Part shown: positions 49,011-60,246 of the stretch, in pieces
How the letters are laid out: the number at the start of each line of letters is the position of its first letter
How positions within the stretch are numbered: the stretch's first letter is position 1
DNA from: Flectonema sp. DT1601
Lineage: Eukaryota
Assembly: GCA_964019425.1 (NCBI GenBank)
Contig: OZ025793.1
Coordinates: 992,001 to 1,056,000, forward strand
Direction of reading: 5' to 3'
DNA: 64,000 bases
Position numbers and translations under genes: made by a program
Notes under the pieces: model-generated
The model's input: the letters and a program-made list of their open reading frames with translations, nothing else
Told to the model about the DNA's origin: nothing
Databases searched by the model: none

Positions 49011-52000
49011 ATGTCTGCAACTGACTTCACAGCAACCATGGCGGAGATTCCGTCACACGGAGCTAGGTTGGGAGCTGCAGCGAAGATGGGTCTCGAAGGT
49101 TGCGTATTAACAGGCGTGGAGAATGAGGGTGCATTCACATCTACGTACGCAATTGTATGTCTAATGGCACGTAAGGACTCTGAAGGATTAGAAGCGGTTG
49201 TTCGAAAACATCGCTCCTGGGTTATCCAAGCGAGAGCTGTTCAATGCCTTTCAAAAATCGATCAAGCAAAAACAGCAAAACTTCTTATGGATCCTGACAT
49301 TCCAATTCAGATGCGCAGCGTTATTTTGAAATCTTTACGAGTCGGTAATGATGACGTCCTAAACTGTGTTCTGTCTAACAAGTCTTGGGGAGGTCTGAAG
49401 GCTGCCATTGAACTTATGCGACGATTCCCACGAGGTGATGTCTACGAGGAATTAATGAAAAAGTGGCTTCCAAAACTTGGAAGCATGAACCAACTTCTCG
49501 GAATTGAAATCGAGAAAAAATACGACGAAGAGTATCTGTACCAATCTGCAGCAGCAAAGTACCCGCAATTAATGCTAACTATGTTGAAGAATGAGAAAGG
49601 TGACATCAACTTTAGATGGTACCGTGCAAGTAAAGTTTTATCAAAGGAACACCCTGACGAAATGGTCAGCATTCTAAAAGAGAAATCATGGAATCCACGT
49701 GCTATTTGGTTTATTGCTCGTCCGCTTATCAAACACAGCCCTGATGCAGTTATAAATATTTTTAAAGAACGAAAGATTATCGATGATGGATTGTTTTGGT
49801 GTTTGAGAACAGTCTTTGACAACACCAACCATCGTCGAGAAATTCTAAACATTGTTTTAGATAATATCAAATTCGTACCTGCAGAGACCGGTGACAGAAT
49901 AATCAATCTCCTAACTGGTAAGTCAAAGAGAATGTACTCTCTCGATAACGAACTAACTGAACTGACCATTGCTAAACGCAATGCCGACTGGATCAGATTA
50001 CTCTCTGATCTCAGTGACAGCACTCCATACAAATTCACAACAGAGATATTCATCAGATGCTTACGAAAACATGTTATGGCAAAGCGTGAAACTTCAATCG
50101 GGAAGTTGTTGCGCAAATTAAATATTACAGAAACAGAGAGCAACTCCATATGGACAAACATTTATGAAGATGACGATACGACTGAAAAGCTCAGTGAGAT
50201 GATCAGAAAAAAGGGTCTCAATGAGGATGGATTGAGCTCTGATTTCTTTAAGTCGATACCGAAAACAGTTACTGATGAAGTGTTGCTCAGTTATTCAACG
50301 ACAGAAGAGTTTCTTGAGATGGAAATTAAAAATCGTTGCAATCTGTTGTCACAACTTCCCTACAAAATAGCTGCGAAAACATTTAAAGTTATTTCAAACG
50401 ATGCAACTCCTGAAAACAGAGTTATAGGGTTGAAGGCCATTTGGTCTGGTGTTACCAAACAAAAAGACGTCGACATTGAAGAGATAAGAGAAGTATTAAC
50501 TTATATTTATGACAGAATAAAAAGGGATCACGAAGAGATTACATCTCCCGTTATAAAAAAGATTCTACTCTCAACTCCTCATGAAATACTTTCACAACTG
50601 GTTGATGGGGATAAGCTACTCAACCTGTTCACTGTAAGTGTGGGGTTAGCACTTCCATTGGAAGACGGATGGACTGAATGGTGTGCAGCTGTTTGCGTTA
50701 GGGCTCCAGTTGTTTTTGAAGGAAACGACGTTGAAATTGAATATAATAGTTTCTTTCGATTAATCTTAAAAAGGATAAACACGGAGTTCCGTACTCTCGG
50801 CTCCACATGGCCTAAAAGTCTCATCACTGCACTGAAAGACTACCGAACAAAGTCTAAAAAAGGAGATTTCCAGCCTCACGATGCTGATCAACTTGCAACA
50901 GTAGTCAAAGAGATTGTAGACGCTTGTGATAGCGCGGGTATGTTTGGAGAATACACAAAGAGGACTAAAACTGAAGAAGGTAACACACGTATTCCATCGA
51001 CGCTTTCTGATGCCGGGTACACATCCGATGCTATGACGAAATCTGAGATACTGGAATGTTGGAACCATGTTCAAACGTTGAAGATTTTAAGATTTTACGG
51101 AGCAGACCTACTGATGATTTCCCCTCATGCCAAACAACATGCGACTACTTTTTTAAAGAAATTGGTATTCAAAAAGACGTCACCAGTCGCAGCAGCTCTT
51201 GTATTGAACATCGCTGAACTACCTGAAAAACGTTTACTGGCATGGCCTCAGTTTGCAGTGTTCGTAAAGAAGGCTCTCACAAGTCTACTGGATGTGTCTC
51301 AAGAGAGTTCTGTTGGATACCGATCAGTAGATGGAAGGCTTCTGGTTTCATCAATTATTAATAAACTTATTAAAGATCTTCCTATGGCTTCGAGAACTCA
51401 TTCTATGGTTTTGTTTAAAAATAACGTAAGCTCTGAACTTGCTTCTGAAATATCCAAATGGGCGATGCCTTACGAGTCACTTTGGGAGTTAAGTTGTGAC
51501 ATTTTATCGGGTTGTTGTGTCTCGTGGAAAGATGGAATCCCGTCATCATTTATTAAAGACAATCATTCAAAGGAAGGTGGGCGTGTTATGCTAAACGAAC
51601 ATGACAGAAGTCTCTTAGGTAACATTTACAGAAAAATCTGCCCTTCGACAAGGACACTGAGGGAAACAATATCTTGGAGGTCAGACAATGTTAGAGGACT
51701 CACTGCTGGGGCTATTGCTGCAAGTGCTAATTCCCAAGACATAGTTTCATTGTTGCGGCAGTTTTCGCGTCCTAAAAGTGCCGCCGAGGAATACGCACTC
51801 AATGAAGTGGTTAACGTGTTTTGCAGAAGTGAAGTTACACAAAGAGACACTCAGTCACTCGTTCACACATTACGCAACTTATTTGGGGTGGATGAGACTT
51901 TTGAGTGTCGCTCTGTAGGACGCGCGAAGAGAAACCGGTTCACACGGACACCTGCATCAAAGGCTCGGATTGTTCGCAAATCTGAGAAAAGATCAAAAAC

Positions 52001-54293
52001 CCTTCCGAAACAAAAATGCTACGGAATCGATGCTATGCTCGCGTTGATGGATAAAATAGAAATCGTAAATAAAAACGAAATCCACGGTATGGTCTCGGCA
52101 ATCGTTATTGTGTTTTCAAAAATCCATAATTGCAACACAAGGATTAAAGCATCAAATATTCATCAAGATTACTTTGTATTAATGAAAAGATGTATTGCTC
52201 TTTGTAAGAAGTACGACAAAGGTGAAGCGCAATGGTACACTTGTTACCATCATTTTGGATATGTTTCTCACATACTTCCTGAGGCATACAATATTATTAT
52301 AAATAGGTTTCGATTGGTCAGAAATATTGATGGTATCTTACCACTTTTACTCCCGTCGGTTACAAAACAGGCTAGGATTACGCAACTGATAACAACAGGA
52401 ATTCCTGAAGTAAATAAATTTAACGATGATGTTAAAAAATGCTTCAGTCCGTCAAATTGTTTTTGGCATTCCCATGAAATTCAAAAGCATGTCTTATCGT
52501 TTAGACAAGATTTATTCGAAGATTTACTACCACCACCTGGAACTCCCATCCCAGGTGGTGGTCAATACCTAATGGGTATTGCTTCAAAACAAGCCACGGA
52601 TAGGTTTCCAGGAATGACGTATTCAACGGGTCCTACTTTTACATTAAAGCCAGCATGCCAAATTGCCTTATATAACATGCATCTTAAACAAGTTCTTACC
52701 ACGTCGTCAAGGAATCGTTTCTCCCTGTGTGATCAAAATAATTGGAACACTGAGTTGAATGTCTTGTGCTCATTAACTGATGTTCCTGAGCTCTCTGACT
52801 TTGAGAATAAAGATCATCCGTTACGCAAATTTCTTCAAACGGTAACAGATGCGAAGACAAAGTGGGGTGACAAGGAGCTGCCTACAGAATGTAGCATTAG
52901 CTCAGTAGACAAGAGTCTTCCAGACTATAAAGAAAGTTGCTGTATGTTAGAAGGTATGCTCAAAAGTAAAGAATTGATTGTCGCACTTAGAATTTTTCAC
53001 GACCAGGAAATGGCGCTTAGTTTAGTTAAAGACCACCTCGACATCGGATTAATTGAAAAGACTGCTATCCCATCAACCTCAAGTTTACTGAGAACAATTA
53101 ATCCGACAAAAGCTGCAGAGGTATTGACAACCATTCTTGGTAGAGAAGAAACAAGAGTTGCTGCACGTTTACAGCTGAGCCGTTCTATAGTTGCATGCCT
53201 GCTGTACCGCGAAAACGATGCTGAACGTTTGATCCGTCAAGAAGCTCGTCTTGATGTGTCTCGCACTGCTGACAAGGGAGTGATGGTCTCAATGACGTCT
53301 TCTCTTGCAACTAGTCCTCTTCTTGAAAAGATTCCTTCATTGTGGGATATTATGCTTTACCTTAAGCAAGACCCTTCTGAAGAAACTCGTTACGTCGCTG
53401 GTGAGCTTCTAAAGACACTCGCTGGTGAGAATAATGTCAAGTCTTTGAACTCTGAGTACTGGCCTTACTGTGCCTCTCCTGGTTTAGCAGGTATCTGCTC
53501 AAACTTCTTAGGGAAAGGGTCTCTTAATATGCATGCTGTGATTTGTTTAGAAAATTGGTTGCAATTCGTCATGTCTGACACAACTCACAAGGTGGCTGAC
53601 GTCGATGCATTAGAAGTAGTCACTGCAATGCAGAGAACAACTAATTCTGATTTAATGTCCAGAGTATCATTAGCACTAACACAACGAGGACACCCAGAAG
53701 CGATTGTCCGCGTGGTTGGTGATAAGATTAATCAGCTTAAGGCTGCATCTGAAGCTCGTGATTTAACTACAGCAAGAGGGGTTCTAGATACTCTTAGCGG
53801 ATTGGCAGTAACTAAACGTCGTCATCTTGTTGCTTGTGAGTACGGAGCGAAGAAAGCTGCTCAGAATTTATTGTCAAACAAGTCAACTCGTCATTTCGGA
53901 TTTCGAATGCTAGCCGGCATGATGGACTTCAAAGATCCTGCTGTCGGTTCTGGTGAACTATTTGCTGCCTTTTTCAGAGCTGGTTGGGATTCACTTACCT
54001 CAATGATGTCTGCTGTAAAGGAAGCATACACAGATCAAAATGGACCTCGCAACCATCTTCAAAAACGTGCAGTAAAATATCTCCAAGACCACGAACAGAA
54101 CACTGATATAAACGCTCGCCTCATGAAGATGATGCTCATTAATTCTGTTTCAGAAAGAACTAACGATATCGAAAGGCATTTATTTGATATGATGCAAGAC
54201 GACAATGAATACATTGCCACCATGGCAATTGATATGTTTCCAAGACCAGAAGCACCAGCATTCGTTGCTGTTCCAAAGCGCGTTGTTATGTGA
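49011..54293 (+). CDS. Large intronless alpha-helical (HEAT/ARM-like) protein of unknown function (1760 aa)
   Basis: 5.3-kb uninterrupted ORF after an ACGCAG acceptor; helical Leu/Ile/Lys-rich composition. Confidence 0.9.
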   Translation: MSATDFTATMAEIPSHGARLGAAAKMGLEGCVLTGVENEGAFTSTYAIVCLMARKDSEGLEAVVRKHRSWVIQARAVQCLSKIDQAKTAKLLMDPDIPIQMRSVILKSLRVGNDDVLNCVLSNKSWGGLKAAIELMRRFPRGDVYEELMKKWLPKLGSMNQLLGIEIEKKYDEEYLYQSAAAKYPQLMLTMLKNEKGDINFRWYRASKVLSKEHPDEMVSILKEKSWNPRAIWFIARPLIKHSPDAVINIFKERKIIDDGLFWCLRTVFDNTNHRREILNIVLDNIKFVPAETGDRIINLLTGKSKRMYSLDNELTELTIAKRNADWIRLLSDLSDSTPYKFTTEIFIRCLRKHVMAKRETSIGKLLRKLNITETESNSIWTNIYEDDDTTEKLSEMIRKKGLNEDGLSSDFFKSIPKTVTDEVLLSYSTTEEFLEMEIKNRCNLLSQLPYKIAAKTFKVISNDATPENRVIGLKAIWSGVTKQKDVDIEEIREVLTYIYDRIKRDHEEITSPVIKKILLSTPHEILSQLVDGDKLLNLFTVSVGLALPLEDGWTEWCAAVCVRAPVVFEGNDVEIEYNSFFRLILKRINTEFRTLGSTWPKSLITALKDYRTKSKKGDFQPHDADQLATVVKEIVDACDSAGMFGEYTKRTKTEEGNTRIPSTLSDAGYTSDAMTKSEILECWNHVQTLKILRFYGADLLMISPHAKQHATTFLKKLVFKKTSPVAAALVLNIAELPEKRLLAWPQFAVFVKKALTSLLDVSQESSVGYRSVDGRLLVSSIINKLIKDLPMASRTHSMVLFKNNVSSELASEISKWAMPYESLWELSCDILSGCCVSWKDGIPSSFIKDNHSKEGGRVMLNEHDRSLLGNIYRKICPSTRTLRETISWRSDNVRGLTAGAIAASANSQDIVSLLRQFSRPKSAAEEYALNEVVNVFCRSEVTQRDTQSLVHTLRNLFGVDETFECRSVGRAKRNRFTRTPASKARIVRKSEKRSKTLPKQKCYGIDAMLALMDKIEIVNKNEIHGMVSAIVIVFSKIHNCNTRIKASNIHQDYFVLMKRCIALCKKYDKGEAQWYTCYHHFGYVSHILPEAYNIIINRFRLVRNIDGILPLLLPSVTKQARITQLITTGIPEVNKFNDDVKKCFSPSNCFWHSHEIQKHVLSFRQDLFEDLLPPPGTPIPGGGQYLMGIASKQATDRFPGMTYSTGPTFTLKPACQIALYNMHLKQVLTTSSRNRFSLCDQNNWNTELNVLCSLTDVPELSDFENKDHPLRKFLQTVTDAKTKWGDKELPTECSISSVDKSLPDYKESCCMLEGMLKSKELIVALRIFHDQEMALSLVKDHLDIGLIEKTAIPSTSSLLRTINPTKAAEVLTTILGREETRVAARLQLSRSIVACLLYRENDAERLIRQEARLDVSRTADKGVMVSMTSSLATSPLLEKIPSLWDIMLYLKQDPSEETRYVAGELLKTLAGENNVKSLNSEYWPYCASPGLAGICSNFLGKGSLNMHAVICLENWLQFVMSDTTHKVADVDALEVVTAMQRTTNSDLMSRVSLALTQRGHPEAIVRVVGDKINQLKAASEARDLTTARGVLDTLSGLAVTKRRHLVACEYGAKKAAQNLLSNKSTRHFGFRMLAGMMDFKDPAVGSGELFAAFFRAGWDSLTSMMSAVKEAYTDQNGPRNHLQKRAVKYLQDHEQNTDINARLMKMMLINSVSERTNDIERHLFDMMQDDNEYIATMAIDMFPRPEAPAFVAVPKRVVM

Positions 54294-54729
54294 GCAACGA
54301 ACTTGTTCTTAGCTCCCTCTCATCAAGTGTATTAAAAAGATTCTTTATCTTGTTGCCTCTCCCTGTGGTGGCATGTGATCTCGTTATATTATAATGTGAT
54401 GCTTTCTAAATAGATGCCAGCTATATGTAACGGTCCCTCCCTTTTGCGAATTATCTCTTTGAAAATTATAATTTGGAGCATCTTGTTCTTCTGATTCTCT
54501 CATTCTTTTCATTTAATGTCGTTCACGGACGTGTTTGTTTCAGGAAAATTATATTATTGTCAACTGGGATAGAAATATTTTTTTGTTTTCTGTAATATCT
54601 TTAACGCGAATAACCGCAGTAAGGCTTCATTCTATTTTGGTCTTTCTGAAATCGTCTCTCATGATCTAAACGTCTCCCCCCTTTTTTCTTCTTTTTTTCC
54701 CCCTTTCAATGCCGTTCGGAGTGTTTTTA

Positions 54730-54776
54730 GGTCCGACGCAGTTACGACCATAAGCTGACTGTCGTCTTACCTGATC
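54730..54776 (+). other. 47-nt conserved dispersed element (putative pseudoknot), copy 2
   Basis: 43/47 identical to 46462-46508. Confidence 0.75.
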
Positions 54777-55505
54777 CTTTTGTTTTCATTTCTTGCTGAG
54801 TTGTATGGCTATGTGCTATACCAGGTTATTTCTCTTTTTATTTTCTTAAGTTATTTTCAACTTATCAGCCTCTGGACAAGGTGAGTGTCAGGAGTCGATA
54901 ACTCCAGCCGAAGCTATAAAACTACAATCTTCGCGATTGGGTCCTTACTGATGCGGGCTACCCATCGTAGTCACAAGTTCTGCATTTTACTAATTACTAA
55001 CTAATTGTTTTCCTAAAGGGACAAGTAGTATAAGATTATTACCCTATATGTTGGGAAATTGCAGAAGGGAATACCTTTCTTTTACTTATCTCTTATCTTT
55101 TATTCTCACTTTTTCTTTTTCCAAAAATTAATGATAACCAACTAATTGTTTTTTAAACTCGTAAATTATTGACTGCAGTAGTAGGCATCCGAGAAGGAAA
55201 CACCGACCGAGTTACTCGCGTAGTTGACCTTTTTATCTAACCTATCGGATGTTTTAGTACGCACGTTTATGTTTTACTTATTACGGTTCTTACTGCCATG
55301 CGGTTCGAAAGTTCCTGCCGCAGAAGTACTGAATGTTTGTTTTGAGCACTTTTTTTTTTCCCGATCGTTCCAATGAGGCGTATAGTATGATTCTATTTGT
55401 ATAACTTTAGTACAGCATCACACAAAGAAAACAAAAAACCGAGTCCGTATGCCATTGAAAAGTCAATAACATTTTCTCAGCAGTTACCTTACCCATGATA
55501 TTAAA

Positions 55506-58500
55506 ATGAAGTCCTACCCAGCCCTAGAGAAGTCTTTGCGGGAATTTTATAGATGGTACTCTCCTGATAAACTAGGTGAGTGGGAATGGGTAACCACAAT
55601 GATCACGGAGTGGGAGGATGAAGATTCGATGTGGGAAGCATTAGCAAGAAAGTACGGACCATGGCCATGCAATCAACAACACTATCCAGAGCGTACAATA
55701 GAAAGGAGTGTGTCACCCTACCACAGAGATAATAAAATAGTTCCACTTGGTAGAGAACATAATATTGTTTTACGAACAACACGATTGTTGGAGACTGATA
55801 GAATATCACCCGTCTATTCATCACCGGAAATCCAAAAATGCCTCCAGTTCAATTCCGAGGGAACGTACCAACCCACCAAGTATACCTCCGTTGCGAATGC
55901 CGAATCAGTTGTTGAACTAACTCAGTTGGAAGATTTTCTCCTTTTTGGTCATCAACAGAGCATTGATGATGATATTAATAAGCATTCTCAGTTTTCTGGT
56001 ATTCAACCATTCGACTCTTTGTCACCTTCTCGAGTTGAAGGTCCACCACTGGATAAAGTAATGGTTCATGCTATTAAGGAACGTGATATTGAAGTCGAGC
56101 GTTTAAAGAAATTAATAATTCAACGGGAGCGAGAACTGCTGCAATTCAGAGAAGCGTCAGACCGTCAACGACAAATAATTGAGAAGGCTAAAGAAGAACT
56201 TCAACAAGTTAAAGACTTCAAACCAAGGCTACCATCTGAACTTCTTGTAACGAGTGTATTGGTTAATGGATGTGATGGTGAGAATATTACTCAACACTTA
56301 AATACAACAACTGAACAACCTTCTGAGGGAGATGAACAAAAGGAAGAATCAGGAGCCACATACTTCACTCTCATTGACCTCCCATTTAGAGGTAAGAAAA
56401 GACATGATCTTCCAGCAGGTGTTCTCGCAGCTCTAGTTTCTTCAGTTGTTGTTTGTGTATTTCCAACAGTAGAACGTCCTGAACCAGTCACACAACCAGG
56501 CTTTGCTCTCGTAGTATCGGCTACAGGCGCCCTTGCAAGAGAAGGAGAGGATTTAAAGTCCCCGGAAGTAACCAGATTCCCACACAACACTGTCGTGCAT
56601 GTCGACGAAGTCCGCGATCGTCGAGGACTTATTTCATTTCCTCAAACAGGTTGGATATCGTTAGTAAGTGGAGCAGGTAAGGTCTTAGTGGTACCAAACC
56701 CTCCACCTAAAGTAACTCACGGAACAATATTAGCAACCAGAGGCGCTGTCGTAAAGCAAAAATTAGATCCAAAAAGCGCTGAAGTCGGACGCGTAGACCG
56801 CCACGCCACCATCGACATCATCGAAATCGAAGGCAAACGAGCGCAGATAATCGCCCCACTAAAAGGATGGATCTCATTAAAGAACAGTGCTGGACAGGAC
56901 TTGGTAGAGATTGTTGACGATTCTATGCAGGTAGCTAACCGACCTGGACCAGCAAAGGTTGTCGTGGAGGTGTCAGTAAAACTTGACAAACCGAAGGAAA
57001 CGAAGAAGAAGAAAAATGACAAACGCCGTAAGAAAGCCTCCCCAGAAGTAATAATCCTCGCTGTGGGTGATACTGTTCAGGTTGAAGAGATTACTGATTC
57101 AAAAGTAAGGATTTCAGCACCGCATGCTGGTTGGTGTCCACTAAAAGTCTCTGGAAGAAATGCTTTCTCGCAGGAAAAAGAAGCTGAAGAAGTTCCTGAA
57201 CAGGAATCTGACAATAACGATGATGAAGAAGACTTTTTAGAATCTTCGGATGAGAATGAAGAAGAAACTGTAGTTCCTTCAAGTAGTCCTGTTTTTGATT
57301 CTGAGTATAAAGTTGAAGCGACTGAAGGAGGAGTAGACATCATCCAAATAAAGTATTGTTTGGATGCTACACTCTGGACTGGTATTGATCAAGGTAAGAT
57401 AATGCTCGCTGATGAATTCCATCCAAAGATATTCGACAGAGCTTTTGTACTTCCTATTTCTTATGAGTCACGTCATGAGAATTCAAAGAATCACTTTTCT
57501 ATAACACCGTCACATCCTACAAACTTATATTTACTATGGCCTGGTGGGCAACGTCGACCCGGCTGGCTTGGTGTTAAATTCACTAAACTACAACGATATG
57601 AAGTACGCTGTACTCCTACGGAAGACTGCGAAGATCCATTTCATTATTTTGATGTGTTCAAACACGATGGTCCTTTGAAAAAGAACTTTGTATTCCCAGC
57701 GACAGGTGTTAACAAAAACAGTCCTGGATCTCAACTTCCATTCGCTGTAGTTGTCGCGCAGCACATTGAACGACCTCCGAACAACAAACGGGTGCTTAAG
57801 AAGTCATGGCCAACACTGGGCAAGAAAGTAGCCGTGACATCAAGAAACTGGCACACAGGTCAGATCATTGGAAGGGTTACCTCACAAAAAGACTTGCAGT
57901 TCGGAAGATGGAAAGTTGCAATGGATCGAAATCTGTTTGAAAATCCCAGACCGATCCACTTCTACAGCACATCAGAAATGCGTGACTTCGCAGGTCAAAT
58001 TAAAGAGTTGGATCCTATTTCAGTGAAGTCAACACCGTCGTGGGAAGGTTTAGAGGGAATTAAATTGAAAACAGACCTTGCATCATCCAATAAATCATCT
58101 CTAGTTAATATATTCTTTGGTATTAAACAAGGACTTAATAAGAAAATTATCGGATGGGGACAAGTAGCCATTGCTCCAATCGATCTCGTCCAAGGACCAA
58201 CAACGAAAACTGTTAACCTAACGGGAGTACCGGAAGATAAAACACACGCACCCCGTCCGCTTAGTGTTAAGGAAGCGATGATTAAATCAGCAAAACCACC
58301 ACCTCCAGTACTGGTTAAAGAAGCAGGTCCAGCTGTAATTGTCAACAAAAGCGGTGCTTACGCCAGAAAGACTGCGAAAACCAGTTCCGATGTCATTGAA
58401 ATACTAAAATACAACACTAAAGTTAACATTACTAAAATAGTAGGAAGGAGGGCAGAGATTGACAATCCAGTTGAAGGTTGGATCAGCACGTCGGATTCAA

Positions 58501-58889
58501 AGGGAAAAATAGTAGTCTCTCAAATCCAAGAAGCTGTTGAGTCTTTTGAAGAAATATTAAATAAAAGACTCGACGCAAGACGGTTGGCGATATCCTTCGT
58601 CGATGGAGCTCAAGAAAAACTTTCTGAACGAAAGAAACGCGATCGAGAAAAGCAAAAAATCACCAGATGCATAACAGATCCTCCAGCAACACCATTCTCT
58701 GTCGTAATAACAATCTCACCTTCGGGTGACATACAACAACTTCCTGTGATATCAGACGCAACTATTGATATCGCAGACTCTATTGACCAACTTGAACAGC
58801 AAATGAAAGATGTACCCGCAGCCATAGCCGAAGACATCGCTCAACTTCAAAAACAGCTCCCTGCTCCTGCTGATGATCCGCTTTTGTAG
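55506..58889 (+). CDS. Multidomain protein with coiled coil and four SH3b-like repeats (1127 aa)
   Basis: Four repeats of the pattern GA..R....S..V....V.V.E...R..I..P..GWIS; N-terminal EFYRWYSPDKL motif; acidic linker. Confidence 0.8.
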   Translation: MKSYPALEKSLREFYRWYSPDKLGEWEWVTTMITEWEDEDSMWEALARKYGPWPCNQQHYPERTIERSVSPYHRDNKIVPLGREHNIVLRTTRLLETDRISPVYSSPEIQKCLQFNSEGTYQPTKYTSVANAESVVELTQLEDFLLFGHQQSIDDDINKHSQFSGIQPFDSLSPSRVEGPPLDKVMVHAIKERDIEVERLKKLIIQRERELLQFREASDRQRQIIEKAKEELQQVKDFKPRLPSELLVTSVLVNGCDGENITQHLNTTTEQPSEGDEQKEESGATYFTLIDLPFRGKKRHDLPAGVLAALVSSVVVCVFPTVERPEPVTQPGFALVVSATGALAREGEDLKSPEVTRFPHNTVVHVDEVRDRRGLISFPQTGWISLVSGAGKVLVVPNPPPKVTHGTILATRGAVVKQKLDPKSAEVGRVDRHATIDIIEIEGKRAQIIAPLKGWISLKNSAGQDLVEIVDDSMQVANRPGPAKVVVEVSVKLDKPKETKKKKNDKRRKKASPEVIILAVGDTVQVEEITDSKVRISAPHAGWCPLKVSGRNAFSQEKEAEEVPEQESDNNDDEEDFLESSDENEEETVVPSSSPVFDSEYKVEATEGGVDIIQIKYCLDATLWTGIDQGKIMLADEFHPKIFDRAFVLPISYESRHENSKNHFSITPSHPTNLYLLWPGGQRRPGWLGVKFTKLQRYEVRCTPTEDCEDPFHYFDVFKHDGPLKKNFVFPATGVNKNSPGSQLPFAVVVAQHIERPPNNKRVLKKSWPTLGKKVAVTSRNWHTGQIIGRVTSQKDLQFGRWKVAMDRNLFENPRPIHFYSTSEMRDFAGQIKELDPISVKSTPSWEGLEGIKLKTDLASSNKSSLVNIFFGIKQGLNKKIIGWGQVAIAPIDLVQGPTTKTVNLTGVPEDKTHAPRPLSVKEAMIKSAKPPPPVLVKEAGPAVIVNKSGAYARKTAKTSSDVIEILKYNTKVNITKIVGRRAEIDNPVEGWISTSDSKGKIVVSQIQEAVESFEEILNKRLDARRLAISFVDGAQEKLSERKKRDREKQKITRCITDPPATPFSVVITISPSGDIQQLPVISDATIDIADSIDQLEQQMKDVPAAIAEDIAQLQKQLPAPADDPLL

Positions 58890-59108
58890 TAACAATGTGA
58901 CTCCCTTTCTGACCCGTCATTTTTTAAATTATTTTTTTTTATTTTTTTTGTATCTTAGAATAGTTCCATTATTTCAATTCGTTATTCCCGTACATTAGTC
59001 CTCTGATTTTATTTTTTTTGACCACGCATTTTTTTAAAAGTTTAAATTACCTCTTTCAACAGAATATATCAGGCAGTGTAGTTAAGACCTTTTTTGTACC
59101 TTCATAGT

Positions 59109-60104
59109 ATGCAGAAGCTATGTTCGAAATCACTTACAGATTTAGCTAATGCGAGAAGACTACGATCATGGATGCTAAATAACAAACCACGAGATGTTGA
59201 TGGTCTGATGCGCGACATCCACTCACTGCTAAACAAAGACGAGACAGGTATCAAAGTATTTACTACGGGTATAACAATCCTTGCCAAATGGGGTGAATTG
59301 AGAGAAGCGAAAAAATTAGAAAAAATAATGAAGACAAAGGGAATTGAACATGACGTTTATTCCTTAACATCGGTAATGGGTATCTATGCTCACAACGGAG
59401 ATGTTATAAATACGAGGAAATACTTTGAAATGTGTAAAAAAATATCAAAACCTTTTAAAGGACGACAATATGAATATAAAAACACGCAAACGTTCTCTAA
59501 TCTGATTAAAAGTTATGTAAAAGCAAAAGATATCGAAGGAACGTTGTCAGCGTATGAAGAGGCGGTTAATGACTTCAGAAGACCTTCCTTAGAGTTAATT
59601 CATGATGTCTTATGGGTATTTAATTCATTCCCTGCAGCAGACGAATTCGCCAGCAGGGAAATAAGAATCCACCGATGGACTTCAGACGAATCAACGTGTA
59701 GAGCATTGCTTCACAGTTGTATACATGATGGTGATGAGGAAAGTATGCAGATCATTATGAACCGAATGAAAGAGGAAGGTTACGTTCAAACAGTTCCAAT
59801 AAAAACAATGAAGATGGCTGTTCATCGTCGTGCTAAGAATCCGATTTCAGCGCTTTCGATTTTCAAAGACATAGCCAACCCCCCTTCTCGAACTGTTAAA
59901 GAATTTCTGAAAACTTCATGTCTACTTACGAACCCTGACTTGGTTAGCTTGGCTAGAGTGCACTATGAAACAGCTGTTCGGAAAGACCCTTCGATGAGTT
60001 CTTCACTTTCTCAGGCGATGATCGCTCTGTACAAATGTAACAACATGAATACTGAGGCGGAACAACTTGCAAACAGTCATTACAGCGGACATGTAAAGTT
60101 CTGA
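59109..60104 (+). CDS. Pentatricopeptide-repeat (PPR) protein, likely mitochondrial
   Basis: 35-aa PPR motifs such as VFTTGITILAKWGELREAKKLEKIMKTKGIEHD, YSLTSVMGIYAHNGDV and TFSNLIKSYVKAKDIEG. Confidence 0.8.
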   Translation: MQKLCSKSLTDLANARRLRSWMLNNKPRDVDGLMRDIHSLLNKDETGIKVFTTGITILAKWGELREAKKLEKIMKTKGIEHDVYSLTSVMGIYAHNGDVINTRKYFEMCKKISKPFKGRQYEYKNTQTFSNLIKSYVKAKDIEGTLSAYEEAVNDFRRPSLELIHDVLWVFNSFPAADEFASREIRIHRWTSDESTCRALLHSCIHDGDEESMQIIMNRMKEEGYVQTVPIKTMKMAVHRRAKNPISALSIFKDIANPPSRTVKEFLKTSCLLTNPDLVSLARVHYETAVRKDPSMSSSLSQAMIALYKCNNMNTEAEQLANSHYSGHVKF

Positions 60105-60246
60105 AGTATTTAACGTCGTACCATGTGAGTAGTTGATATCCCTCATAGACGATAATCATGTGGTGGTGACATTCGTATTGAATCAGTGTGTGATGATAAT
60201 AATATTTATATTCCCCCCAAAGACACTATTAGGTGAATACTTTAAT

